IMG/VR virus record: IMGVR_UViG_3300010371_000028
Location: 68,778-132,777 of that record
Source of the DNA: a virus
Reading direction: 5' to 3' (one strand)
Length of the DNA stretch: 64,000 nucleotides
The notes under the pieces: generated by a model
What the model was told of the DNA's origin: nothing
The model's input: only the letters and a program-made list of their open reading frames with translations
Database searches by the model: none
Program-made: the position numbers and the translations under genes
Shown: piece by piece, positions 25,244 to 34,446 of the stretch
How the letters are laid out: every line of letters begins with the position of its first letter
Numbering within the stretch: position 1 is the stretch's first letter

Positions 25244-25747
25244 CTACCAGGCCCGTCCGGTCGGCGGCTGATCCTGCGGCAGGGCCGCCTGGCCGAGCAG
25301 CCGGGCTTTCGCGGCGGCAAACTCTGCGTCGGACAGGGCTCCGGAGTCGCGGAGCGCGGCCAACTGGGCGAGTTGGCCGGCGAGGTCCGGGGCAGCTGGC
25401 GCGGCCACCGCCTGCGGCTGGGCCGGTGCGCCCGCGAGCGCCCGCGTGATCGCGTCGGCGAGCGCCTGGAACTGCGGCAACCGCGACTTACTGAAGATCA
25501 CTGTCAGGGGGTCGTCGCCCGCCGACGACAGCCGCGCCGACCCCCTCGACCCGCGCTGCACCCCGCCAGCCATGACCAGCGTGAACCGGCCGCCCGCCTG
25601 CGTCAGGCGCGGTGGCGAGAGCTGAACGCCGGAGAGCTGCGCAAGCGCGTACGTGTCCCGGCTGTGGCGGCCGGGTGCATTCCGGTCGATCGTGATCGTG
25701 GCACCGTCGAACGTGACAGCCGTGTACTTCGACTCCGCAGTGATCAA
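25244..25747 (-). CDS. DUF4429-like (PH-like) protein with C-terminal SHOCT
   Basis: VTFDGATITI..LAQLSGVQL; DLAGQLAQLAALRDSGALSDAEFAAAKARLL. Confidence 0.7.
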   Translation of the reverse strand: MITAESKYTAVTFDGATITIDRNAPGRHSRDTYALAQLSGVQLSPPRLTQAGGRFTLVMAGGVQRGSRGSARLSSAGDDPLTVIFSKSRLPQFQALADAITRALAGAPAQPQAVAAPAAPDLAGQLAQLAALRDSGALSDAEFAAAKARLLGQAALPQDQPPTGRAW

Positions 25748-25865
25748 CGGTTCCCCCTGGGTCGGCGGTGCGGACACGCGCAGGGTACTGACGTGGCAGT
25801 GGCGTCCGTCGGGGCGTGGCCGAGGCGACGCACGATCGTGACCGTGGGGGAGCGGGTCACGAGGG

Positions 25866-26114
25866 CTACTTCGGCTTGTGCGCGGGCCGTCCGCCGCCGA
25901 CGCCCTTCCCGGGCCGCTTGTCAGCCCAGTCGCGGAGCTCCTGCTCGCGGGCCTGCTCCCAGTAGACAAGCGAGCCGACCTTGCCGTCCGGTTCGGGGAA
26001 CGGGTGCGTCTCATATCGGCCGCCGGGCAGCGAGTCGGCGCGGTAGTGGCGGATCGTGGCCGCTTTGACGCCGAGGAGTTCGGCGACGTCGGCGGTGTAG
26101 AGCACGGCGTGCAT
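25866..26114 (-). CDS. AlpA/MerR-like HTH protein (paralog A)
   Basis: YTADVAELLGVKAATIRHYR...FPEPDG; near-identical motifs to 51701-51961. Confidence 0.8.
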   Translation of the reverse strand: MHAVLYTADVAELLGVKAATIRHYRADSLPGGRYETHPFPEPDGKVGSLVYWEQAREQELRDWADKRPGKGVGGGRPAHKPK

Positions 26115-26165
26115 GTGGCCTCCTTCGGCGTTCGTTGAGTCGAGTATTCCTCATCGCCATGGCTG

Positions 26166-26194
26166 TTGACAAGGTTGAACCTCGTCGCTATCGT
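26166..26194 (+). promoter_or_regulatory. Sigma70-type promoter
   Basis: TTGACA-17 bp-TATCGT. Confidence 0.65.
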
Positions 26195-26266
26195 TAGTGA
26201 TGTAGTTAGGAACGAAGCGAAGAAGGCAGGCCGGACCGACCGGCTGCTACCCAGCGGGAGGCCGCC

Positions 26267-26602
26267 ATGCAGACCATCACCCCGACCCACGGAAAGCCCT
26301 ACGCCCTCATCGGCGCGTCGGACGGCCTGCCCTACGGCTTCCCCGCCGACACCGTCGCCCTCGAAGAGTGGGCCGTCTCCTCCTGGTCCGGCATGGGCCC
26401 GGACGGGCGCAGCCACCAGAGCATGGCCCGCCGCATCGTTCCCGGCTCGGAGAAGACCAAGCCCCACCCCGACCTGTACGGAAAGCTCTTCCCGACGAGC
26501 GCGGACGCCGACCGGGCGCACTACGAGGCAGGCGTGACCGCGTACTTCATCCGCCTGGACTCGCCCGAGTACCAGAAGGCCATGGACATCATCGGGGCCT
26601 GA
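26267..26602 (+). CDS. Hypothetical protein
   Basis: GGGAGG RBS; downstream of promoter. Confidence 0.7.
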   Translation: MQTITPTHGKPYALIGASDGLPYGFPADTVALEEWAVSSWSGMGPDGRSHQSMARRIVPGSEKTKPHPDLYGKLFPTSADADRAHYEAGVTAYFIRLDSPEYQKAMDIIGA

Positions 26603-26617
26603 CCTACCAAGCTTCGG

Positions 26618-26786
26618 GGGCCACCTCCCACCCAGGGGAGTGGTCCACCACCGGGGGTCGCACCCCACGGTGGTCCTCCTCGGGGAGACCCGAGCTCCCA
26701 CCCAGGGAGCCGGCACGGACCCCGAGGAGGCCATGGAAACCGCCCGGCGAGGAGAAGCCGACCGGTTCGAATCCGGTACCGGGCAC
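26618..26786 (+). ncRNA. Candidate structured RNA: four hairpins plus tRNA mini-helix (acceptor + T-arm)
   Basis: Stems listed in findings; ACCGG-TTCGAAT-CCGGT closed by GCCCGG/CCGGGC. Confidence 0.5.
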
Positions 26787-26821
26787 GCACGATTCATCCA
26801 GCTACAAGGAGGGCAGGGCCG

Positions 26822-27022
26822 ATGACCCCGGAGCGGCTGCAAGAGTTCAAGGACCGGGCAACCGGCGGGTCCACCGTCCGCAAGTGGACCGACGCGCAGG
26901 TGCGCGAGCTGATCAACGAGATCGAGGCTCTCGGTCAGTTCCGGAAGCTGGCCAACGCCATATGCGAGTGCGAGGCCGCGAACGCCGCGGAAACGCTGAG
27001 CAAGAGGTTCTTCAAGGACTGA
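26822..27022 (+). CDS. Hypothetical protein
   Basis: GGAGGG RBS. Confidence 0.6.
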   Translation: MTPERLQEFKDRATGGSTVRKWTDAQVRELINEIEALGQFRKLANAICECEAANAAETLSKRFFKD

Positions 27023-27104
27023 CCACCCCGCGCGGCCCGGCGCCCACCCGGGACCGGGCCGCGCACCGACCAGACCATGCCCGCACCGACCGAAGGAGCC
27101 GACG

Positions 27105-27533
27105 GTGGCCGCGACGATCGAGTTCATGTACGCGCACGGGCCGCTCATCGACTCGTTCGGCGAGTTCGTACACCACGCCCCGGCCACCGTCTCGGCCCCG
27201 ACCGAGGGTCCCGCGCCGCTCACCGCCCCGATCGTCGTGCGCTGCGTCGACCGTGACGGACGTGACCTCGCCACGCCGATCACCGTGCGCCCCGACCAGC
27301 CGTTCGCCACCGCGGCGCTGCGCCTCGTCGTCCGCGACCGCGACCAGGGCAGCTGCAGCGCGGACCGGTTCGGACACGTCGTGTTCAACGCCCTGCAAGA
27401 CCTCGACGAGCGGCAGTTGACCGCCCGTAACCGCGCGATCCAGAAGCGGCTGCGCGCACTCGACCACCTCGCCATCGTCGGATTCGACCACGACGGCACC
27501 ATCACCTGGGATGCTGACGATGGCCGCACGTAG
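27105..27533 (+). CDS. Hypothetical protein
   Basis: GAAGGAG RBS. Confidence 0.6.
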   Translation: MAATIEFMYAHGPLIDSFGEFVHHAPATVSAPTEGPAPLTAPIVVRCVDRDGRDLATPITVRPDQPFATAALRLVVRDRDQGSCSADRFGHVVFNALQDLDERQLTARNRAIQKRLRALDHLAIVGFDHDGTITWDADDGRT

Positions 27534-27726
27534 GCCGGAATCCGCCCCGCTGGACTGGCGCTCAGCCCGCGTCGGCGAGCCGCTGCCGTGCCAGGCGTGC
27601 GGACGGCCGGCGCTGCTGAGACACCCGGTCACGAGGCAGCCGCATCACAAAGTCTGCGCTGATGCGACTGGCGAATCGACGATAAGCGCAGTCCAGAAGT
27701 CGTATGCGAGGGATAATCAGGCATGA
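27520..27726 (+). CDS. Small Zn-finger-like protein
   Basis: CQAC...HKVC. Confidence 0.5.
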   Translation: MAARRPESAPLDWRSARVGEPLPCQACGRPALLRHPVTRQPHHKVCADATGESTISAVQKSYARDNQA

Positions 27727-28523
27727 CCGACTCGACGAGCATGGGCGACCGCTTCAAGGCGTACGAGCACGCATACCGGCTCTCGTTCCCGCGCCGCCTC
27801 CCGATCGTGATTCGCGCGGACGGGCGCGCCTTCCATTCCTATCTGCGCGGCGCCACGAAGCCCTTCGACCTGGGCTTCATCGAGGACATGGGCCACGTCG
27901 CGGTCGCGCTCTGTACGGAGATCTCCGGCGCGGTGTTCGCCTACCACCAGTCGGACGAGATCAGCGTGCTCGTGCAGGACTGGGTGGGCGAGCACGCGGA
28001 ACCGTGGTTCGCTGGCGAGTTGCAGAAGATCGTGTCGCTGTCCGCTGCGATAGCCACCTCGGCGCTCGGCGCGCGCCGCCCTGGCCGGCCGCTGTTCGAC
28101 GCCCGCGCGTTCGTCCTGCCGAACACGATCGAGGTAGCGAATTACCTCCTTTGGCGCCAGCGCGATGCCGTCCGCAACTCGATCTCCATGGCGGCGCAGG
28201 CGCACTTCAGCCACAAGCGGCTCCAGGGCGTCAACGGCAACCAGATGCAGGAGATGCTGTTCGCCGAGCACGGGATCAACTGGAACGACTACCCGGCCGA
28301 ATGCAGGCGCGGGCAGGTCGTCATCAAGGCCGGTGGCGAGCGCGAAGTCACCTACATCGACAAGCGCACCGGGCAGGAATGCACGACCAAGGCGTACCGC
28401 ACCTGGTGGGAAGTCCAGGCCGCGCCCAGGTTCACGGCCGAACCGGGCGGCTGGCTCGCCGAGCAGATCCCACCGATGCCGAGCCTGCACGACGTTCCAG
28501 GCAACGACGGAGCCAAGCCGTGA
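27723..28523 (+). CDS. thg1: tRNA(His) guanylyltransferase Thg1-like protein (3'-5' RNA polymerase)
   Basis: IRADGRAFH, YHQSDEIS, QKIVS, FDAR, WRQRDAVRNS, INWND. Confidence 0.92.
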   Translation: MTDSTSMGDRFKAYEHAYRLSFPRRLPIVIRADGRAFHSYLRGATKPFDLGFIEDMGHVAVALCTEISGAVFAYHQSDEISVLVQDWVGEHAEPWFAGELQKIVSLSAAIATSALGARRPGRPLFDARAFVLPNTIEVANYLLWRQRDAVRNSISMAAQAHFSHKRLQGVNGNQMQEMLFAEHGINWNDYPAECRRGQVVIKAGGEREVTYIDKRTGQECTTKAYRTWWEVQAAPRFTAEPGGWLAEQIPPMPSLHDVPGNDGAKP

Positions 28524-29017
28524 CCAACACTCCTGTGGCCGAGGCCGCCGAGCGCCTACGTGCCGCACTGGCGGCCCTCGACGCGGGCGAGAAGGTCAAG
28601 CTTTACCCGGCCGACGTACGAGCCCTGCTGGACTACTATGACCAGCACGCCGAGCCTCAACCACAGCCCGAGCTATTTTCAAAGCCCGCGCCACGGCGTG
28701 AACCAGCCGACCCCGCCGGGGCATCCCTGCCGCAACTCAAGGACGCCGCGCGCGACCTCGGCACCGCCACCGAGCGTCTTGAAGCCCTCATGGCAGACCG
28801 CAAGTTCGACCAGCGCATCACCGGCGTCCTGCTTCCGCTCGTCCGGGCCATGTTCGGGCTCCTCGGCGCCGAACTCGACGGGATCGAACGCGACCGCGTC
28901 CAGATCGCAAACGACGCGTACGAGTCTCTTGTCGCTGCCCAGGACGACGATGATGACGAGTACCACGCCGCGATGCGCGGACGACGAAGCAGCGACAGGG
29001 AAGGTGGCACGCAGTGA
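28520..29017 (+). CDS. Helical hypothetical protein
   Basis: GTGA coupling. Confidence 0.55.
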   Translation: MTNTPVAEAAERLRAALAALDAGEKVKLYPADVRALLDYYDQHAEPQPQPELFSKPAPRREPADPAGASLPQLKDAARDLGTATERLEALMADRKFDQRITGVLLPLVRAMFGLLGAELDGIERDRVQIANDAYESLVAAQDDDDDEYHAAMRGRRSSDREGGTQ

Positions 29018-29277
29018 CCTCGATCGATCTCGCCGAGCCATACCGCAGTAGCGGCGTCACCCTGGAACAGGCTGCAGTCGGCCTACGCGTCCTCGCCACC
29101 CTCGACATCCGCGACCTGCCGCCGCTTCCACTGCCCGAGCCGTTCCGCTGCCACCGATGCCACGACCGCGGGTGGGTCTCGGACTGGGCGAACTGGCCCG
29201 TCGGCTGGGCGTGGCAGCGAGTGGAGCCAGTGCCGCGCAAGCCGTGCCCCGACTGCGTGAGAAAGGACCCGCGATGA
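29014..29277 (+). CDS. Small Zn-finger protein
   Basis: CHRC...CPDC. Confidence 0.55.
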   Translation: MTSIDLAEPYRSSGVTLEQAAVGLRVLATLDIRDLPPLPLPEPFRCHRCHDRGWVSDWANWPVGWAWQRVEPVPRKPCPDCVRKDPR

Positions 29278-29714
29278 CCGACTGGGATGAAGGCCCGACC
29301 GCCAGCCTCGACGACGAACAGCGCGTGCAGGTCGTCGCCTGCGCCAACCTTGTCGGCCGGGCCGGTGCCCGCCAGTTCGAGATCGGATACCTCGACGACG
29401 AACCGCCGCACCGCTGGTACGCGCACGCCATGTACCGCGGCGCACGCATCCAGGTCGAGAACCACGACGACCCGGCGAAAGCGGCGATGGCGCTCGCCGA
29501 GAAGCTGCTGACCGGGGCGCAGTGCCGCTGTGGCCGGCTGGTGGCGTTGAAGGACGGCGGGGCGGTGGCGTTCCAGAAGACGCGGCTCGCCGACGGTACG
29601 GACTGGACCGCGAAGCGGGCGGCGAAGGCGGGGCAGTGCCGGTGGCGGCTGGTCGGCGACCGGTGGGAACCGTCGTGCCCGGTCCCGGCGAACCGACGGG
29701 TAGGGCCGGTATGA
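29274..29714 (+). CDS. Hypothetical protein
   Basis: ATGA coupling. Confidence 0.6.
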   Translation: MTDWDEGPTASLDDEQRVQVVACANLVGRAGARQFEIGYLDDEPPHRWYAHAMYRGARIQVENHDDPAKAAMALAEKLLTGAQCRCGRLVALKDGGAVAFQKTRLADGTDWTAKRAAKAGQCRWRLVGDRWEPSCPVPANRRVGPV

Positions 29715-30223
29715 CCGACGCCGAACCCGATGATGCCCAACTGGCCGAGTGGGAAGCCGCGGCGAACGAGCGCTACAAGTCGCTGCGGACCCACATCTTC
29801 GTCGAACTCGGCCACGTGTGCAGCTTCCCGCACATCAGCAAGGCGGCTGATACTGCGGCGGAAGCGGTGCGGCGCGAACTGACGCAGGTGTTCGTCGCCT
29901 ATCTCGCGGCGTGCGACCAGCGAGACCGGCTCGTTGCCCGCGTTGATGAGCTCGAAGCCGTCCAGGCCAGGACCGTTGCTGGTCCCGTTGCTGACACACT
30001 GCCCGAGGATGAGGCCCGGATCGCGGCTTGGTACGCCGCGACGTACTTCAAGTGCGCGTCCTGCGACACCCCCGAGTCGATCAAGCCGCTCACGTTCCGG
30101 CTGCCCAACGGCGGCGGCGACCTCTGCGCCGACTGCGCCAAGCCCGTCATCAAGAGCACGCGCGCCATTGAGGCAGCGATCGCCCGCAAGAAGGCGCGCG
30201 AAGAGGGATCCTTGAGGCCATGA
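29711..30223 (+). CDS. Hypothetical protein with Zn ribbon
   Basis: CASC...CADC. Confidence 0.6.
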   Translation: MTDAEPDDAQLAEWEAAANERYKSLRTHIFVELGHVCSFPHISKAADTAAEAVRRELTQVFVAYLAACDQRDRLVARVDELEAVQARTVAGPVADTLPEDEARIAAWYAATYFKCASCDTPESIKPLTFRLPNGGGDLCADCAKPVIKSTRAIEAAIARKKAREEGSLRP

Positions 30224-30456
30224 CCGGCGAGAAGCGGATCCCGCTGTGCGACGACCGTGGCGAGCGGATCGGCTGGATCTACACGAACGACCTGCCCGTG
30301 TGCGGCGCAGACTTCTGCGACAGGTGCGGCGACTGCCTGGGCTGCTACGACTGCCCGTGCTCGAACTGGGTCGTGTATGCGGACGGCCTGGCCGGGTTCC
30401 TCGAAGAGCACGAAGACGCCCGGGTCGAGTACGACGAGGAGCGCGTCCATGCCTGA
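30220..30456 (+). CDS. Small Cys-rich protein
   Basis: CGADFCDRCGDCLGCYDCPC. Confidence 0.6.
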   Translation: MTGEKRIPLCDDRGERIGWIYTNDLPVCGADFCDRCGDCLGCYDCPCSNWVVYADGLAGFLEEHEDARVEYDEERVHA

Positions 30457-30814
30457 GCCCGACGAACTGGCCCGCGCCGCCTCCGACGCGATCGACGCGT
30501 ACTGCGCCGCGAACCCAGCGCCAGCATGGCCCACCCTGCCCGAAGGCGTCACCGCGGCGGACTTCACCACGGTCTGGTCCGGCACGCTCAAGCACGACCC
30601 GGCCAGCGGCGAGACGCGGGCGTGGTTCACGGCGCGGACGGAGCCGATCGAGGTCACGTACACGACGGTCCTAGACCAGGCCCGCGCGATGATCGACGCA
30701 TCCCCGGGGCTCCAGCAGTCCATCACCGACCTCGTGCAGGCCGGCGCGACCGAGGACGAAGCACGCGCGGTCATCGAGGCGATGACCATGGCCCGGCTCA
30801 GGAAGGGCGACTGA
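30449..30814 (+). CDS. Hypothetical protein
   Basis: Overlap-coupled. Confidence 0.6.
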   Translation: MPEPDELARAASDAIDAYCAANPAPAWPTLPEGVTAADFTTVWSGTLKHDPASGETRAWFTARTEPIEVTYTTVLDQARAMIDASPGLQQSITDLVQAGATEDEARAVIEAMTMARLRKGD

Positions 30815-31071
30815 TGGCGACCGTTGACCCAGACTTGGTGGGCACGCCGAAGGTGGTAGCTGCACGCAGCACTGGCCCCGAAGACGACCTGACGCCCTCT
30901 CGACTGCTCGCGGTCCTCGCTGCCCTCGCGGGCGAGTATGCGAACGTGGCCGGCGCCCTGTGTGGCGACATCCGGGTGCCAAAGGACCTGCGCGACGAAC
31001 TCGCGGCGCACGTTGCCGAGGTGCTGGCAGAGCTGCCCGAGCAAGTCCGGCTGGCAATCGAACTCGCCTGA
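30814..31071 (+). CDS. Hypothetical protein
   Basis: TGATG coupling. Confidence 0.55.
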   Translation: MATVDPDLVGTPKVVAARSTGPEDDLTPSRLLAVLAALAGEYANVAGALCGDIRVPKDLRDELAAHVAEVLAELPEQVRLAIELA

Positions 31072-31307
31072 CGTGGCGCGGCCCGGCCCCGTCCCACCGG
31101 CGGCCGGACCGCAAGGCCGGTTTCCACGCGGCCAGTACCAGCATCGCGCACCTACCCGACCGGAGTGCGGCCGGACGGGCCGGAGCGCGACGTGCTGATC
31201 GTATGGCCGGAATCGCGCCGCCGGTGCCCAGATTCGCAGAATCTGTCAGCGGGCGATGCCATCATTGGCTACATAAGCGAACGAACATGATCGAACCGGG
31301 AGGAACC

Positions 31308-32573
31308 GTGACTGCCACGCTCACCGCCGTGCCGGTCGGCCAGATATCCGGGATCCCGCTCTACAAGGCCGGTACCGCACCCGCGCACCTACGCACCAAG
31401 GACGGCCTAGCCGCGCGCCGGCTCAAGCCCGCGCCCGGCCAGGCGCCCGCCGCGTACGTCCGGGTCCGCTACTACAAGACGCTGGCCGCGCTCTACGACC
31501 CCGACGCCGCGCAGCCCATGCCCGCGCGCACCATCGGCGAGGACTGGGCATACCGGCTCCGGCGCACCTGCCCCAAGTGCGGGCAGCGCCGCCCCTACGT
31601 GCTCGACGGCGAGACGTGCGGAGACTGCCGCACCGTCGAACGCCAGAAAGCCGCACGGCTGTACACGCGGACCTGCCGCAAGTGCGGGACAGTCGGCGAG
31701 CACCCGTACGCGAAGGACAAGCAGTACCCCGGCTGGCACCGCTGCCCGCCGTGCCGGAAGGACCGCCGCGCGGAACTCGCCGCCGAGTATGCCGCGGGGC
31801 TCGATCGCGCCCAGCACTGCCCCGACTGCGGTGACCGCGTCATGTCGAAGGCTGCGGCGATCAAGCGGCACAAGGCGAACCGCAGCTACTGGGGTCGGAT
31901 CATCTGTCCGCCGTGCGAAGCCAGTCGCGTGGAGCAGCGCGAGCGTGCGGCCCAGGAAGCACGCGAAGCCGAGCATCGGCGATACCAGGCGCGCCGCGAA
32001 CAGCTGGCCGCGCTCAGGCAGTGGGCTATCGACGCGCTCGCCGACCCCGACGTCGTCATTCTCGACACCGAGACCACCGGCCTGCACGACACGGCGCGGA
32101 TCGTGGACATCGCCGTCATCACCGCGGCCGGCGAGACGCTGCTGAACACGCTCGTGAACCCTGGCGAGCCGATCCCCGCCGAAGCCACCGGCATCCATGG
32201 GATCACCGACGCCATGGTGGCCGGCGCGCCGACGTTCGCCGAGACCGCGGCAGAACTCTTCGAAGCGATCCGCGGCAAGCGCGTCCTCGTCTACAACCTC
32301 GGCTACGACCTCGCACGGCTGGACCACGAGTTCTCTCTGCTCGGCGCGGCGGCCGGATCGTGGACCGCGGTCCGGAAGACGTGGACGAAGTGGGAGGACG
32401 CGATGGTCCCGTACTCCGACTGGTACGGCGAGGAAGACGACTGGCACGGCGGGTACCGCTGGCAGCGGCTCGGCGGCGGACACCGGGCGCACGGCGACTG
32501 CCTTGCTGTGATCGAGTGCCTGAAAGCGATGGCGCGGCCGAGCGTCTACAAGGAAGAGGACGACGATGAGTGA
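31308..32573 (+). CDS. DEDDh 3'-5' exonuclease (DnaQ-like) with N-terminal Zn fingers
   Basis: ILDTETTGL, YNLGYD, HRAHGD; several CxxC pairs; GGGAGG RBS. Confidence 0.85.
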   Translation: MTATLTAVPVGQISGIPLYKAGTAPAHLRTKDGLAARRLKPAPGQAPAAYVRVRYYKTLAALYDPDAAQPMPARTIGEDWAYRLRRTCPKCGQRRPYVLDGETCGDCRTVERQKAARLYTRTCRKCGTVGEHPYAKDKQYPGWHRCPPCRKDRRAELAAEYAAGLDRAQHCPDCGDRVMSKAAAIKRHKANRSYWGRIICPPCEASRVEQRERAAQEAREAEHRRYQARREQLAALRQWAIDALADPDVVILDTETTGLHDTARIVDIAVITAAGETLLNTLVNPGEPIPAEATGIHGITDAMVAGAPTFAETAAELFEAIRGKRVLVYNLGYDLARLDHEFSLLGAAAGSWTAVRKTWTKWEDAMVPYSDWYGEEDDWHGGYRWQRLGGGHRAHGDCLAVIECLKAMARPSVYKEEDDDE

Positions 32574-33147
32574 GATTCCCGCCCGTGTCTGGTACGACCC
32601 GCATGACGGTCGCCTTCAGGTCACGATCGAGGGCGCGCACGTTCAACGCCGCCCCGACCTGCGACACGCGAATCTGCGCGTCGAGTGGTCGCATGGTTCG
32701 TGGGCCGAGTCGTCGATCAGCGTTCCGAAGAAGGAGACGACGCCCGCGAGGACTCGGCAGGCCGACAACCTCGACGAGCGCATCGAGCCGTATGCCACGA
32801 CGCCGACGATAGAGCAGGTGCATGCGTACCTCCTCGCCCACGAGTGGGAACGTCGACCCGACGACCCAGCAGGAAAAGAGAACTGGGTCCACCCGACTTA
32901 CGGCGATGGGTACCCGCACAGCGGAATCACCTTTAGGACTGCGCAGGTAGAACGCGACGGTTGGGATCGGCTTGACCTCGAGGTATTCACGATCCACGAA
33001 GGCCGGTGCGAGCACGAGATCCTCGCCGAGATGCTTGGTCGACCCGACACGGCAACGCTGCTTGCGCGGATCGCCGCGTTGGAGTCCCAGCTTGAGGACG
33101 CGAACGACGAACTTGAGTTCCTCCGGCTGCGGGCGACGGAGCACTAA
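32566..33147 (+). CDS. Hypothetical protein
   Basis: GAGGA RBS; coupled. Confidence 0.55.
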   Translation: MSEIPARVWYDPHDGRLQVTIEGAHVQRRPDLRHANLRVEWSHGSWAESSISVPKKETTPARTRQADNLDERIEPYATTPTIEQVHAYLLAHEWERRPDDPAGKENWVHPTYGDGYPHSGITFRTAQVERDGWDRLDLEVFTIHEGRCEHEILAEMLGRPDTATLLARIAALESQLEDANDELEFLRLRATEH

Positions 33148-33151
33148 GGCG

Positions 33152-33541
33152 CTAGTGGCCGAGTAGGTGTCCGCCCTGTTCGAGCCGCTGGATCACGCCC
33201 TCGGCGACCTTGCGGGCCTGACGTACGGTCACATGCGGCGCGGCTTCGGTGATCGCGTCGAGAACGGCGCGTTCCACCGCGTCGGCCGGTACACGGCCGG
33301 AGTGCTCCAGGAACTCCCGGTACATGGCGGTCAGCCTACCCGCGGGCCAGCCGAGCGCCGCCTCGATGGCCGACCACTTCTTGCCGCGCCGCCGCAACTG
33401 GCCGAGTTCCAGCCGGGAGATGGTGTTCTTGTGCGTGCCCGAGCGTTCCGCGAGGTCCTGCTGGGTCGGCATATCGAGGCTGAGGCGGCGAGTGGCGACG
33501 GCGTGTCCGACTTCGCGCCAGGCGGCAGCCTCCGACGACAT
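33152..33541 (-). CDS. XRE/CI-like HTH repressor
   Basis: RRLSLDMPTQQDLAERSGTHKNTISRLELG...IEAALGW. Confidence 0.8.
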   Translation of the reverse strand: MSSEAAAWREVGHAVATRRLSLDMPTQQDLAERSGTHKNTISRLELGQLRRRGKKWSAIEAALGWPAGRLTAMYREFLEHSGRVPADAVERAVLDAITEAAPHVTVRQARKVAEGVIQRLEQGGHLLGH

Positions 33542-33745
33542 CGCATGATCCGTTCTACCTCGAGTTGCCCCGAGGCTAGAGCACACGTGTCACGGCCCTG
33601 CGTTACTTCACCGTGCGCGACGGGAATCGGCAGAGCTATTCCCGAGTGCTCCCGAGAAACTCTTGTCTGAGCGCGCCACGACTGGTTAGGGTGAGGGCTT
33701 CTCAAGACCGGCATGTTCCGCCGGTCCGCCGGTTATCCGTGGGGG

Positions 33746-34210
33746 ATGCTGATGCCTGTCCGAGGGCCGTTCGAGACCGCTCACCAACTCGCCACCGCCG
33801 CCATGTCCCTGGAAGACGCCCTGCGTGCGGCCGACCCAGCCGGCGGACTGTCCGCAGAGTCCCGGCGGGCACGTGCGGGAATCCGCTTCAGGTTCCTGCT
33901 CGACGCGCTCAACGACGCTCGCGTGGCCCTCGGTAACGGGGACATGGCGGTCGCGCGGTCGCTGGCCGGCTCGAGCGTGGAGACGCTCGTGGTGCTCGCG
34001 GACTGGCTGGCTCGGGCGAGCGCGGGCGGGAACGTCGAACTGCTCGCGGAAGCCGCGGAGTACGTCATGCCGTGCGAGCCGGGACCCGGCGGGCAGTGCG
34101 AGCACGGCGTGTGGGCGCGGTGCGAGCGGACGGACGCGGCGTGGCGGCTGCGCGGACTGGACCCGGGCGAAGCGAGACGGCACGCGCTCGAGGCACTGCG
34201 GGAGGACTGA
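33746..34210 (+). CDS. Hypothetical protein divergent from repressor
   Basis: GGGGG RBS; GC3-rich. Confidence 0.55.
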   Translation: MLMPVRGPFETAHQLATAAMSLEDALRAADPAGGLSAESRRARAGIRFRFLLDALNDARVALGNGDMAVARSLAGSSVETLVVLADWLARASAGGNVELLAEAAEYVMPCEPGPGGQCEHGVWARCERTDAAWRLRGLDPGEARRHALEALRED

Positions 34211-34446
34211 CGGCCGGACTCGTGCTTCATCTTCCGGGCGGAAGGCTACGGGACCGACGCCCGATCCGAGAAGCCTTCGCCGTTTCGTAACCGACCGTGG
34301 CCGTCGAGCACCCCAATGCGCCGTTTCGCGCCCCGAGTGCACCCCGCGCCCCCCGTGCGTGCGAATGCATGTGCACGTTGCAGCGGCTAGGTTCCCCCGT
34401 GCAGGGACAGGCTCGCTCTCAGAGCCCCGACACGGAAGGGAAAGCC

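Noticed and set aside
26618-26710. CRISPR mini-array (repeated CTCCCACCCAGGG)
   Set aside because: Only two short copies, no regular spacers, no cas genes
25244-27529. 761-aa ORF and other long Arg/Pro-rich ORFs in the track (e.g. 19090-20919, 11771-13498, 29057-30595)
   Set aside because: Shadow frames of real genes typical of high-GC DNA; only the 3' end (25244-25747) of the first is credible
31275-31300. LexA/SOS box upstream of exonuclease (CGAACGAACATGATCGAAC)
   Set aside because: Only a half-match to TCGAAC-N4-GTTCGA
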